From a virus, in the IMG/VR virus record IMGVR_UViG_3300021437_000011, positions 28,247 to 92,246 of that record: 64,000 nucleotides of DNA. The stretch is one strand, 5' to 3'. Below the pieces are notes generated by a model that made no database searches, was not told where the DNA came from, and worked only from the letters and a program-made list of their open reading frames with translations. Both the position numbers and the translations under genes were made by a program. Shown here one piece after another: positions 56,081-64,000 of the stretch (within the stretch, counting starts at the first letter, position 1; each line of letters starts with the position of its first letter).

Positions 56081-56629
56081 ATGGCTAAGATGAGCGAGAG
56101 AATGAATATCCTCAAGGGAGAAAAAGACCGGATCAAATCTGACCGTGAGAAAGTACAGGATAAGATTAATGAGTTGAAATCCAAGCTGGATAGTCTCAAA
56201 GCAGAGGCGGATAACCTAAAAGAGCAAGCGGCTAGCAATAAACAAGACATTAAAGACGAGAAAGAAGCGGAGAAGGGAAGGAAAGAGGCGGCGAAGCAGA
56301 AGAGACAGGAAGAAAAATCCGCCAAGCCCAAGAGAAAGCCGAGAGAAAAGAAAGAAAAACCTCAGCCCAAGCAGGAAACGCCAAGAGAAAGCCCTAGGGA
56401 ATTTGAAGACAGGATTGCAAGAGAAGTCGCGAGAGAGTTAGTTAACGTATACGGGCTCACCGATTACTCTACGTTAGAAGAAATAAAGGCAGCACACCGC
56501 AAATTCAACTTTGATAATCATCCTGACCGTGGCGGTGCCACGACGCGATGCAAAATTGGAAATATGTATCTTCAGGCAATGATGCGCAGAGCTGGGAAGG
56601 CGCACCCTGAATACGCCAAAGCGGCGTAA
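56081..56629 (+). CDS. Coiled-coil protein with C-terminal J-domain-like HPD motif
   Basis: LEEIKAAHRK....NHPDRGG. Confidence 0.7.
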   Translation: MAKMSERMNILKGEKDRIKSDREKVQDKINELKSKLDSLKAEADNLKEQAASNKQDIKDEKEAEKGRKEAAKQKRQEEKSAKPKRKPREKKEKPQPKQETPRESPREFEDRIAREVARELVNVYGLTDYSTLEEIKAAHRKFNFDNHPDRGGATTRCKIGNMYLQAMMRRAGKAHPEYAKAA

Positions 56630-56799
56630 ACGGATCGGGGGAGGGGAGTTAGAAGCCCCTCCCAGCCAGCCTACTAATCTACAAATGTCATAGTGTAACA
56701 TCCTACACTAGAATAATTCTAAATTCTTATTTTTCTCTTATTTTTGATTTAGAGAAATCGAAAAAGAGAAAAATATTCAACAATTTCAAGGATTTACTC

Positions 56800-57069
56800 A
56801 TGAACACGCCGCAAAGTGCAACTCACATAAAAGACCGCTGCAATCGCGCCAAGACGCTTGTTTCCTACTATTCCTCGGACAAGGTCACGGTTGACCAGCT
56901 TGAGATGTTGATGCTGTCCTGTGAATCCCGAATGGAACGCTACGCCAGTGAAGAAGCTTATGTGGAGGATGCATTCTTACTGCAATGCATGGAAGTTGCC
57001 CTTAACGAGAAATGCGCTCCCCTGGAAATACCTGATGCGCTAATTGCTGAGTTCCTGACTGAAGAATAG
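56800..57069 (+). CDS. Hypothetical early protein
   Basis: AAGGA RBS; part of the cassette run. Confidence 0.55.
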   Translation: MNTPQSATHIKDRCNRAKTLVSYYSSDKVTVDQLEMLMLSCESRMERYASEEAYVEDAFLLQCMEVALNEKCAPLEIPDALIAEFLTEE

Positions 57070-57108
57070 CCGTGGGGGCGGAAAGCTGAATTCACACTGG
57101 AGACTGAC

Positions 57109-57309
57109 ATGATCAAAGCCAAACCTTACCTGACTCTTGAAGGATGCGCGAAGCGTTGCAGCTTTGAGTCCGCTTATTCCAAGACACATATCTACAGCCC
57201 TGTACGCTTTCTGGATGGCGTTCGTGATGGCGGGCAATTCGATCCGGCTCTTGATAAGGCCAAGCGCTACACGTGGCGGATTGAAAAAGAGAAGCGGCGC
57301 AAGGCTTAA
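57109..57309 (+). CDS. Hypothetical early protein
   Basis: GGAG RBS. Confidence 0.5.
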   Translation: MIKAKPYLTLEGCAKRCSFESAYSKTHIYSPVRFLDGVRDGGQFDPALDKAKRYTWRIEKEKRRKA

Positions 57310-57359
57310 CTGCTCTAGCTATATTTTCTCGTATATAGCGCTTACCTTTGGAGACGCAC

Positions 57360-57566
57360 ATGAGACACAGTGATGATCCTGACGATTGTTACCGCACGAA
57401 CAACGAATTGCGCGGGATTTACCAGTCATCTGGCGACGAACTTCAACGTGCTGACATACTAGCGATACTGACAGAGCGTTTCGAATATGATGCAGACTTT
57501 TACGGAACGACAGGAGATCCGGCGGAATACGCTAAGTGGTATGTGGCGCAACCAATCGGAAGCTGA
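57360..57566 (+). CDS. Hypothetical early protein
   Basis: GGAG RBS before MRHSDD. Confidence 0.5.
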   Translation: MRHSDDPDDCYRTNNELRGIYQSSGDELQRADILAILTERFEYDADFYGTTGDPAEYAKWYVAQPIGS

Positions 57567-57656
57567 TGAACAATATGGGGGCGGATTACTCTCTGATTCT
57601 CCCCCTAAACCTTCATAACTTACTGTAAATACTCACCTTTTGCTAGGAAAATCATC

Positions 57657-58025
57657 ATGATTGATCAAAATTCCATCGACGAATACAGGACACGCAGCAT
57701 TTATCCTAATCATACTCTTAACGGCCATGGGACTGTCATCGATGGCTCTAAGTGGCGCAATGAACATTGGAGCTCCATTCTCTTGTGGGACTTGCATCTG
57801 CAACAAGCTTTGAGCGGCGTTAGTGACTGGTCTCATGTTGGCCTAGGCTACTGGATGCTCGTTAAGCTTGACGGCCCTACCCTCGTTTCTCTCGGCCTTG
57901 CTGACTGTGAAAACTGTTGGGTTGAAATCCACGAACGCGATGAAGGCGAGATGGAGACGTCCTATTGGACTGATACAGAAGCTTCCGAACGCATTAAGGA
58001 GCTGGACGAACTGTGCTCCGACTGA
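57657..58025 (+). CDS. Hypothetical early protein
   Basis: AGGAAAATCATCATG leader. Confidence 0.55.
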   Translation: MIDQNSIDEYRTRSIYPNHTLNGHGTVIDGSKWRNEHWSSILLWDLHLQQALSGVSDWSHVGLGYWMLVKLDGPTLVSLGLADCENCWVEIHERDEGEMETSYWTDTEASERIKELDELCSD

Positions 58026-58087
58026 CGCCAAGCGTGGGGCGGGAGATTGTCTTTCGCCCTTCCTATCCCCTATCTGGAGACCTTATC

Positions 58088-58342
58088 ATGACAACTCGCT
58101 GGCAAATTGTAGTCCGTAACGGAACGCCTCGCATGACCATCCAGCTTCAATTCAGCGCCCGCAAAACCAAACACGCCCTATTCTGTGCCCTACTGGACAA
58201 TGGCCACATGATCGCAGACTTGACCAAGTTGCCCGAGGATGGGGGCTTCACCTGGAACGCCAAGGCCCAAGCCTGGGAGTATGGCGCCTGGCAGGTTTGC
58301 TTTAGCGGCCTTATCGAGCTTGACGCAAAACGAGGCGGATAA
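58088..58342 (+). CDS. Hypothetical early protein
   Basis: GGAG RBS before MTTRWQ. Confidence 0.5.
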   Translation: MTTRWQIVVRNGTPRMTIQLQFSARKTKHALFCALLDNGHMIADLTKLPEDGGFTWNAKAQAWEYGAWQVCFSGLIELDAKRGG

Positions 58343-58390
58343 ACTCATCTAAACTACTGCAATTATTAGAAAAACTCAAGGAAAATCGTC

Positions 58391-58762
58391 ATGAACAAAC
58401 GCTCAATTTCCGCCATAGAAAAAGCTCTGAAAGACAACGGAGAAGAAGATAACAAAATCTATACTGAAGATAATAGAGTAGAAATCACCTTATACTGCTC
58501 AGGAACTGATGAAGATGGCGAATTCTCGTTTGTTACTGGGGTTATACATGTTCATAAGTTGAAAGATGGCAGGTGGATGCGGGCGCATTGGAGCACTAAA
58601 AATCTGGAATGGCAGTCGTCTGATTTTACCCACGGGTACGCAAAAATTAACCCGAACGCTTGCTATTGCTTTGCCAGAACTCTCGAAGCTCTTGCTGGGG
58701 ATATAAAAACCTATCCTTCCGCCATTAAGGCGATACGCGCAGCTTTCCCTTCGTTCCCGTAA
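58391..58762 (+). CDS. Hypothetical early protein
   Basis: AGGAAAATCGTCATG leader. Confidence 0.55.
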   Translation: MNKRSISAIEKALKDNGEEDNKIYTEDNRVEITLYCSGTDEDGEFSFVTGVIHVHKLKDGRWMRAHWSTKNLEWQSSDFTHGYAKINPNACYCFARTLEALAGDIKTYPSAIKAIRAAFPSFP

Positions 58763-58798
58763 TTATGTGTTGACATAATATCCAAGCTGCTGTACAGT
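58763..58798 (+). promoter_or_regulatory. Sigma70-type promoter, same conserved element
   Basis: TTATGTGTTGACATA; TTGACA (58770), 17 nt, TACAGT. Confidence 0.75.
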
Positions 58799-58835
58799 TA
58801 TCTGCATATCAACCCTAACGGACAGGACGATAGCC

Positions 58836-59111
58836 ATGAACCAACCTAACAATGACTTTGCTCCGCACATCAAATCCCTCTTAGAAGCTGGTCTAACCAT
58901 CCTTAAGCAAGATGAAAGACCCATTACTCTGCAATTTGCCGCCATGGACCTCGCATGGCTGGACGCCCACCGAGCTTACCACGAGAATAGAGGGGGAGAC
59001 TCGCTGAAATCTCTCGGTTCATTCTGGAACATCTACCTAGGTTTCCTCAGCGAAGAACCTGAATACGCCGCGAAAGCAAAACATATCTTCCAAGGCCATA
59101 TTCGGCTCTAG
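58836..59111 (+). CDS. Hypothetical early protein
   Basis: Follows the promoter; AGGA RBS. Confidence 0.55.
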   Translation: MNQPNNDFAPHIKSLLEAGLTILKQDERPITLQFAAMDLAWLDAHRAYHENRGGDSLKSLGSFWNIYLGFLSEEPEYAAKAKHIFQGHIRL

Positions 59112-59162
59112 AAAAACCAACCTAATTTACCGATAAATAAAGCAAAACACAAGGGTTATCTT

Positions 59163-59630
59163 ATGATTTACACCGCAAATATCAATAAGGATACTGGGAT
59201 ATCCTTTGGCTATATCAGCTCTGGCGCTCTTCATCCTGACGTAATCGACGCCCTATTTCAAAACGGGTCCGATCGTGTCGCGGAGGAAGCCTACAAGGAG
59301 TGGCGCGCCACGAAGGTGGACATGCTTCTTGACACTGACGCGATGTACGAAACCATTGAGCAAGCCACAGAAGCCGCTGGCGAGCTCTCCTATGAGTTCT
59401 GGGAGAGCTACAGCCCTGATGAACCTAACGTTGAGGGCGTTCACGAGGGCGTCACTTACGCCTCGTCATGGCTAGGCGGCGCCCTTAACTTCTTCATCTG
59501 TGAGTCCCCTGTGATCACCGAGCATGCGCGCAGGGCCTCACCCTGCGTTCCCAACGCAGGGATACTGGATACGCTTGATGGCGACGTCCAGTGTTATGAC
59601 GTTCCCGCCGCTTGGCGCCGGGGCGAATGA
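59163..59630 (+). CDS. Hypothetical early protein
   Basis: 155-aa acidic ORF. Confidence 0.6.
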   Translation: MIYTANINKDTGISFGYISSGALHPDVIDALFQNGSDRVAEEAYKEWRATKVDMLLDTDAMYETIEQATEAAGELSYEFWESYSPDEPNVEGVHEGVTYASSWLGGALNFFICESPVITEHARRASPCVPNAGILDTLDGDVQCYDVPAAWRRGE

Positions 59631-59673
59631 CGCGTGGGGGAGAAATCCCCCAACTTATTCAACACATTAACTA

Positions 59674-59874
59674 ATGGTGATCAATATGAAGTGGAAACCA
59701 GCCGAGGACGCCCAAAAAGGGAGCGGTCCCTTCTTCTTCAGAATCAAGGACCAAATAGTCACCATATGGCTAGGTGGACCTATTGAGCCTGACAGGGAAT
59801 TCGTCATGCAATTTCATGCCGATTATCTTCTCGACATCATAGCAACGCTCAAGATGATTGAGCGTAAAACCTAA
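59674..59874 (+). CDS. Hypothetical early protein
   Basis: Co-oriented ORF. Confidence 0.45.
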   Translation: MVINMKWKPAEDAQKGSGPFFFRIKDQIVTIWLGGPIEPDREFVMQFHADYLLDIIATLKMIERKT

Positions 59875-59885
59875 GGATACGCCCC

Positions 59886-60170
59886 ATGAAAAAACCTTTG
59901 CCGTTCGACGAATACGCATCCAATGCCGCCATCATTTTGAAAATCGCTAAACGAGCATCGAAAATTCTTTCTGAACAAGGCGTAATGCGCTCTACGATGG
60001 ACATTGCAATGGACCTTACCGCCTGCCATGTCTCAACTCCTTTGCGGCTTGAAGACCTTCTGAGCGCTGATGACTTCAACCTTATCCATGATGTTTTAGG
60101 TATTTTCCGGCATCTCAATAGGAATACAGGAAGGATCGATGGGAACTTCCTTCCTCGGTTTTCCAGGTGA
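59886..60170 (+). CDS. Conserved small phage protein (DUF6874-like)
   Basis: MDL.ACH...PL.L..LL.ADDFN..HDV.GI.RHLNR.TG.....FLPRF. Confidence 0.7.
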   Translation: MKKPLPFDEYASNAAIILKIAKRASKILSEQGVMRSTMDIAMDLTACHVSTPLRLEDLLSADDFNLIHDVLGIFRHLNRNTGRIDGNFLPRFSR

Positions 60171-60231
60171 GAATCTCACGTAAACCTAGTTAACATACAG
60201 TAAACGCTAAACATTTTCCAGGAAAATCGTC

Positions 60232-60522
60232 ATGCGCCAAGAAAATAAACACACCCTGATCCGTTTCCGTAGCGCTAACCTTGTCCACGGCGCAGTAAAC
60301 GCTGTTGGCGTTGCGCACTCCCTATATGATCATGGCAAAGCTATGCTTGATGCTGGATGGGGTACAGACCGGATAAACGCAGATCCAGCTATCCGCATTA
60401 TTGTTATGGGCCTTTCCAGGATATGTGGACTCACTATCGATCACGAGGAATACGCCCTAACCTATAAAGCCCTTGGCGTCCTTCGCGGCAGGCTCGAATT
60501 AGAAGGCCACGACGTTCCATAA
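60232..60522 (+). CDS. Hypothetical early protein
   Basis: AGGAAAATCGTCATG leader. Confidence 0.55.
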   Translation: MRQENKHTLIRFRSANLVHGAVNAVGVAHSLYDHGKAMLDAGWGTDRINADPAIRIIVMGLSRICGLTIDHEEYALTYKALGVLRGRLELEGHDVP

Positions 60523-60550
60523 TCAAACTAGCATGAAGTAAATACCCATA

Positions 60551-60586
60551 TTATGTGTTGACATAGTCACGAAAATACGTTACATT
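60551..60586 (+). promoter_or_regulatory. Sigma70-type promoter, same conserved element
   Basis: TTGACA (60558), 17 nt, TACATT. Confidence 0.75.
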
Positions 60587-60610
60587 TACTTACAACCACA
60601 GGAGCACTCC

Positions 60611-60904
60611 ATGACAATATTTGCTGAACCTGAAAAGCATTACATCTCTAGCTGTTATCTCTCCGCCTTGATCAATGGAGATTACTCATCCTTTGATTAC
60701 GACTATAACGACGAAGGGGAGCGCGATCGCGCCATTGAAGAGTTCGACGCTTGGGTGAAGGAATCCCGGAACGGCCGACAAGGCCATTGGAGCTCAGACA
60801 ATGACGCTATGGAATACTTCCTCACCTGCGAAGTCAGTGGGACGCCGGGTTCATGCGTTGAAGTAAAGTTCCACCCAATTCTCGATAACAAGCCTGAATG
60901 CTGA
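60611..60904 (+). CDS. Hypothetical early protein
   Basis: AGGAG RBS; ALINGD.S motif. Confidence 0.6.
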   Translation: MTIFAEPEKHYISSCYLSALINGDYSSFDYDYNDEGERDRAIEEFDAWVKESRNGRQGHWSSDNDAMEYFLTCEVSGTPGSCVEVKFHPILDNKPEC

Positions 60905-60998
60905 CAAAAGACGAGGGAGAAGGCCAAGCGCCAGCAAGGCGCTTCTCCGTTCTATCCATGGTTATGTGTTGACAAATAAAGAAAGGAATGCGAACGCC

Positions 60999-61325
60999 AT
61001 GCTTGCACAACCCGAAACAACTGTGGCCAAATCTGGGAAAAATCATCTCTTGATCCACAATGACGCCTACCAGATAGACGTTTATTTCCACGATTACCCA
61101 GACTCCGCGAAAACCCCCATCGCCAGTTATCGCTTTGACCGCCTCGGCTCAGAGGACGTCGTTCCTATTCGCTTTCAATATGTCCGCAACGTCAAAGACA
61201 TGGCTCACGCCGAAAAGATCGGGCGTTGCTTCCTCCGCCATTGGTCTCGCCAGCATGCAGAGGCAGGGATAACGGGCTGCGTTCCCCCTGAAGAGCTGCT
61301 GCTTCCAGATGAGAAGGCCGCCTGA
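60999..61325 (+). CDS. Hypothetical early protein
   Basis: Preceded by a fourth TTATGTGTTGACA copy at 60962. Confidence 0.5.
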   Translation: MLAQPETTVAKSGKNHLLIHNDAYQIDVYFHDYPDSAKTPIASYRFDRLGSEDVVPIRFQYVRNVKDMAHAEKIGRCFLRHWSRQHAEAGITGCVPPEELLLPDEKAA

Positions 61326-61387
61326 CGCCAGCGAGAGGGGCGGGAAGCCGCCCCTTCCATATCCCAACTCATCATGGAGCGCTTCTA

Positions 61388-61714
61388 ATGCCAGTTTATT
61401 ACGCCTACACCCGCAACGGCGACCAATTCGATGGAACTGTTGCATTAAATGCTCAAAACGCAGAGCAGATAATTAGATACAGGTACAGCAACACCAAGAA
61501 TGGTATGCATTTTGTTGGTGATCGTGAGCAGACAGCAGAAGAACTACTCGACGGTATGCGCATTGAGCACATGCCGCATATTTTAGAAGCGGATCACCTG
61601 ATCGTAGAGCAACGTGCGGAAGAAGATGCGGCAGTTAGTTCAGACAAGACCTTACGGAGGGTGCTCGGAGCCATCAATGACCAAACCAGCCGCTTACAAG
61701 AGCGCGCCGAATAG
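61388..61714 (+). CDS. Hypothetical early protein
   Basis: GGAG RBS. Confidence 0.5.
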   Translation: MPVYYAYTRNGDQFDGTVALNAQNAEQIIRYRYSNTKNGMHFVGDREQTAEELLDGMRIEHMPHILEADHLIVEQRAEEDAAVSSDKTLRRVLGAINDQTSRLQERAE

Positions 61715-61936
61715 TTGCTGATTAGGCTGGATTATTGGGAATATGCCTGCAATGTTTACTTGCTCGACCCCGCCATGAACGATGGGGACGCTTTCGATGG
61801 TTCCGCCGAAGAAGAGAAAGAGCTCGTGGAAAGAGTCTGCGCGTTTATGACGACTCGCGCAGGCGAGATCACAACGCCATAATTAGAAACTTTCCAAAAA
61901 CCAACAACTGCATGATTTTACAGAGGAAATCGTAAA

Positions 61937-62344
61937 ATGAGCGCCCTTAACAAACGCATTTTGGAACTGGAAGCCCGTGCACACCGAGGCCACTATGGCT
62001 TTGGCGCGGAGCAGAACGCCGCTTGGGAGAGCGCTATCGAAGAATTCGAGAGGGAGAAGCTTAACGCCCCGGAAGCATGGGCTGAAATTGAAGCGCAGCG
62101 CCAGAAAAAGGATAAGATTGATCGCCAATACGCTAAACGAAAGATGGAACAGCGCGAGCGTAAAAATGCCAGGGAAAAGGCTGAAACTGATCGCCAATAT
62201 GCCAAACTTGAAAGGTTAGCTATTGAGAAAGCCGGAGGTCTCGCAGCATGGGGAGAGTTGACGGAGCATGAACGCATCGCGTTTCGCGAATACATTAATT
62301 CGTCTCTGGAGCACCCTTTATTCATTTCGCATTGCACGTCGTAA
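61937..62344 (+). CDS. Hypothetical coiled-coil protein
   Basis: GAGGA RBS; internal DRQYAK repeat. Confidence 0.55.
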   Translation: MSALNKRILELEARAHRGHYGFGAEQNAAWESAIEEFEREKLNAPEAWAEIEAQRQKKDKIDRQYAKRKMEQRERKNAREKAETDRQYAKLERLAIEKAGGLAAWGELTEHERIAFREYINSSLEHPLFISHCTS

Positions 62345-62372
62345 TCCCCCCCAGAGAGGTTGAAAGGATAAC

Positions 62373-62636
62373 ATGTATACAAAACAAGCTATCGAGAAAA
62401 CGCGGAATGACGCTAATGCGCAGCAAGAAGATGAGCTGCGCGAAAACGTCCGCCGCGCCAGAAAGGCATGCGATGCAGCCCGGATGAATGTGAAAACGGT
62501 TCACGATCCTCTGTACGGCATGGATGGCGAACGCCCTAAGCCTACGAAAAAGCAACAAGAGGACATTGATGCGGCAGCTTTACATCTTAAGCAGTGCATA
62601 GATTCTCTAGATGCATTCTTGAGATGCATCAGATAA
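62373..62636 (+). CDS. Hypothetical protein
   Basis: AAGGA RBS. Confidence 0.55.
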   Translation: MYTKQAIEKTRNDANAQQEDELRENVRRARKACDAARMNVKTVHDPLYGMDGERPKPTKKQQEDIDAAALHLKQCIDSLDAFLRCIR

Positions 62637-62804
62637 TGTATCGATCCGAGAGCAAAGGGAACTATAAAGTGGCTTTTTCGGCCATCAATCCATGCGTTCT
62701 TGGGTCTTGTGTCACTATGATGGGGGCAGCGCACGTTAGGCCAGCGGGAGGTTGGTCGTGGTAAGCGATGCCGAATAGTTGACCGCCCCACCTTCTCCCC
62801 TTCG

Positions 62805-63497
62805 TTAACCGGCCTTGGGCGTGACAGCGGCTAGCCAATCCTCTGTTGTCGCGTCCTGGGGCGGCGCTTCCACGACGTAATTCGTTTTCTGCTCTACCTT
62901 TTCAACCATTAGCCCGTGCAGCTTCGCCTTAGCCTGAACCGCCTGAATCATGATGGCGGCTTGCTTTGTTTCGCGCGCCATAGTCATAGCTTCTTCCAGC
63001 TCGTCTGTGAGGCTTTCGATCGTGACAAACGTGCGTTTGGCCAACTCATCCCTTAGGGCTTGTATTCTTGCATGCAGCTTGGGATTAGCCAACATGCGAC
63101 AGCCTTGCTCGTGGATTGTTGAGGGCTTGTAGTTCGCGGTGTTGTACGCTGCGCGGTATGCGTCGCTGGCGTTAGCGCCGGCCACATAGGCCACGGCGAA
63201 CGCTTCTTGCTTGCTAGTCAGCGAGTTGGGATCACGTTTCGGCCTAGCCTTCTTAATCTTCTCGACTGGACTGGCGCCTGCCTTGATCACCGCATCCTTG
63301 AGCTTCGCAATGGTGGCTTCTGGCGGCTGATTTGGGCCTGGGCGGCTTCTCCCCTTGGGGAGATGCTTCGCCTGTCTTGGGGCTCCCTTGGGCGTCTGGC
63401 GCGGCATCTTGGGAGAGACCTGGTTGGTCATGCCAGGACGGATAGGGACGATTTTTTCGTCGCCTTCTTCCTGCGCTGGCTTCTCTCCGCTTTGCAT
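62805..63497 (-). CDS. terS: Terminase small subunit
   Basis: LT.KQE.FA..YV.G.NAS.AYR.AY...L.NP....RI..LR...AKL.GL.VEK; start uncertain. Confidence 0.8.
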   Translation of the reverse strand: MQSGEKPAQEEGDEKIVPIRPGMTNQVSPKMPRQTPKGAPRQAKHLPKGRSRPGPNQPPEATIAKLKDAVIKAGASPVEKIKKARPKRDPNSLTSKQEAFAVAYVAGANASDAYRAAYNTANYKPSTIHEQGCRMLANPKLHARIQALRDELAKRTFVTIESLTDELEEAMTMARETKQAAIMIQAVQAKAKLHGLMVEKVEQKTNYVVEAPPQDATTEDWLAAVTPKAG

Positions 63498-63507
63498 TTG
63501 CGCGCTC

Positions 63508-63753
63508 CTATTCGACCGTGGCCCAGTCCTCGGCCAAAATATCATGCTGCGACGCCAACCATGGGACACGGCATCCGTTCGGGTGCGCCGTATGCCCCTT
63601 GGGATACTCCATGTACACATAGGGCAATGTCATGTAGCTGGCGGGATCTGGCAATTGAAGCTTGAGCCACATGCCCTTGCCGTTCCAGCCAGACCTAGCG
63701 ACTTTGCCGCCCTTGCGCAGCTCCTTGAGAGCTTTGCCAAAATCGAAATTCAT
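63508..63753 (-). CDS. DUF2829 protein, Tad2-like anti-defence sponge
   Basis: FG.AL..L..G.KVAR.GWNGKGM....PY.YM....VPWLASQ.D.LAEDW. Confidence 0.85.
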   Translation of the reverse strand: MNFDFGKALKELRKGGKVARSGWNGKGMWLKLQLPDPASYMTLPYVYMEYPKGHTAHPNGCRVPWLASQHDILAEDWATVE

Positions 63754-64000
63754 GCGCCTTGCCCTTTGGGTTTAATCGCGCAACCTTGAAACATAAACGA
63801 TTGCCCCAACGCGTCAACCTCAAGAAACGGACGTCTCGTCTTCAGGCAAAGTTCGTGCAATTCGCAGTATGCTTGCGCCCATACGGGCCAGTCGAGACAC
63901 ATTTTAGCTGGGAAAAGCTCATTCTTGAGATGCTGGCTTATTTTTTCGAGCGTCGGGAAAAACCATAACGATTGATACAGATCGATCTTCTTTTGCTCCA

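Noticed and set aside
60962-60997. Fourth promoter copy as a complete sigma70 promoter
   Set aside because: TTGACA is present but there is no -10-like hexamer at 17 nt; kept only as a motif copy.

Overview
This window looks like most of a tailed-phage (podovirus-like) genome, about 57% GC by eye; an alphaproteobacterial host is an inference. Layout: a minus-strand GH108 endolysin running off the left edge; a plus-strand virion module at 1.1-32.2 kb (terminase with a class-3-type intein, portal, nitrilase, scaffold, major capsid, two DUF115/Maf-like proteins, adaptor/tail, a 1868-aa polyvalent protein, ejection proteins, tail fibres); a minus-strand pseudaminic-acid-type sugar operon at 32.2-38.7 kb; and an accessory/early region (YadA-type adhesin, tRNA-Gln, C5 methyltransferase with a nested alternative-frame ORF, resolvase with res-like site, promoter-repeat early cassettes, small terminase, DUF2829/Tad2-like). 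The standout is at 39.2-41.8 kb: a TnpB/Cas12-like protein with all three RuvC catalytic residues replaced (K267/H354/Q448), followed by an omegaRNA-like segment with a short anti-repeat and a type I-E-like CRISPR array (9 repeats, 8 spacers of 32 nt). No cas1/2/6 or transposase is visible. Two spacers translate to motifs recalled from defence genes (TIR/ThsB-like N-terminus MAYRNKVY; MT-A70-like AWGFAYKSNI). This suggests a phage-encoded, CRISPR-programmed repressor of host immunity, which is untested inference. No replication genes or integrase were recognised in the window. All family calls are by motif recognition; no searches were run.
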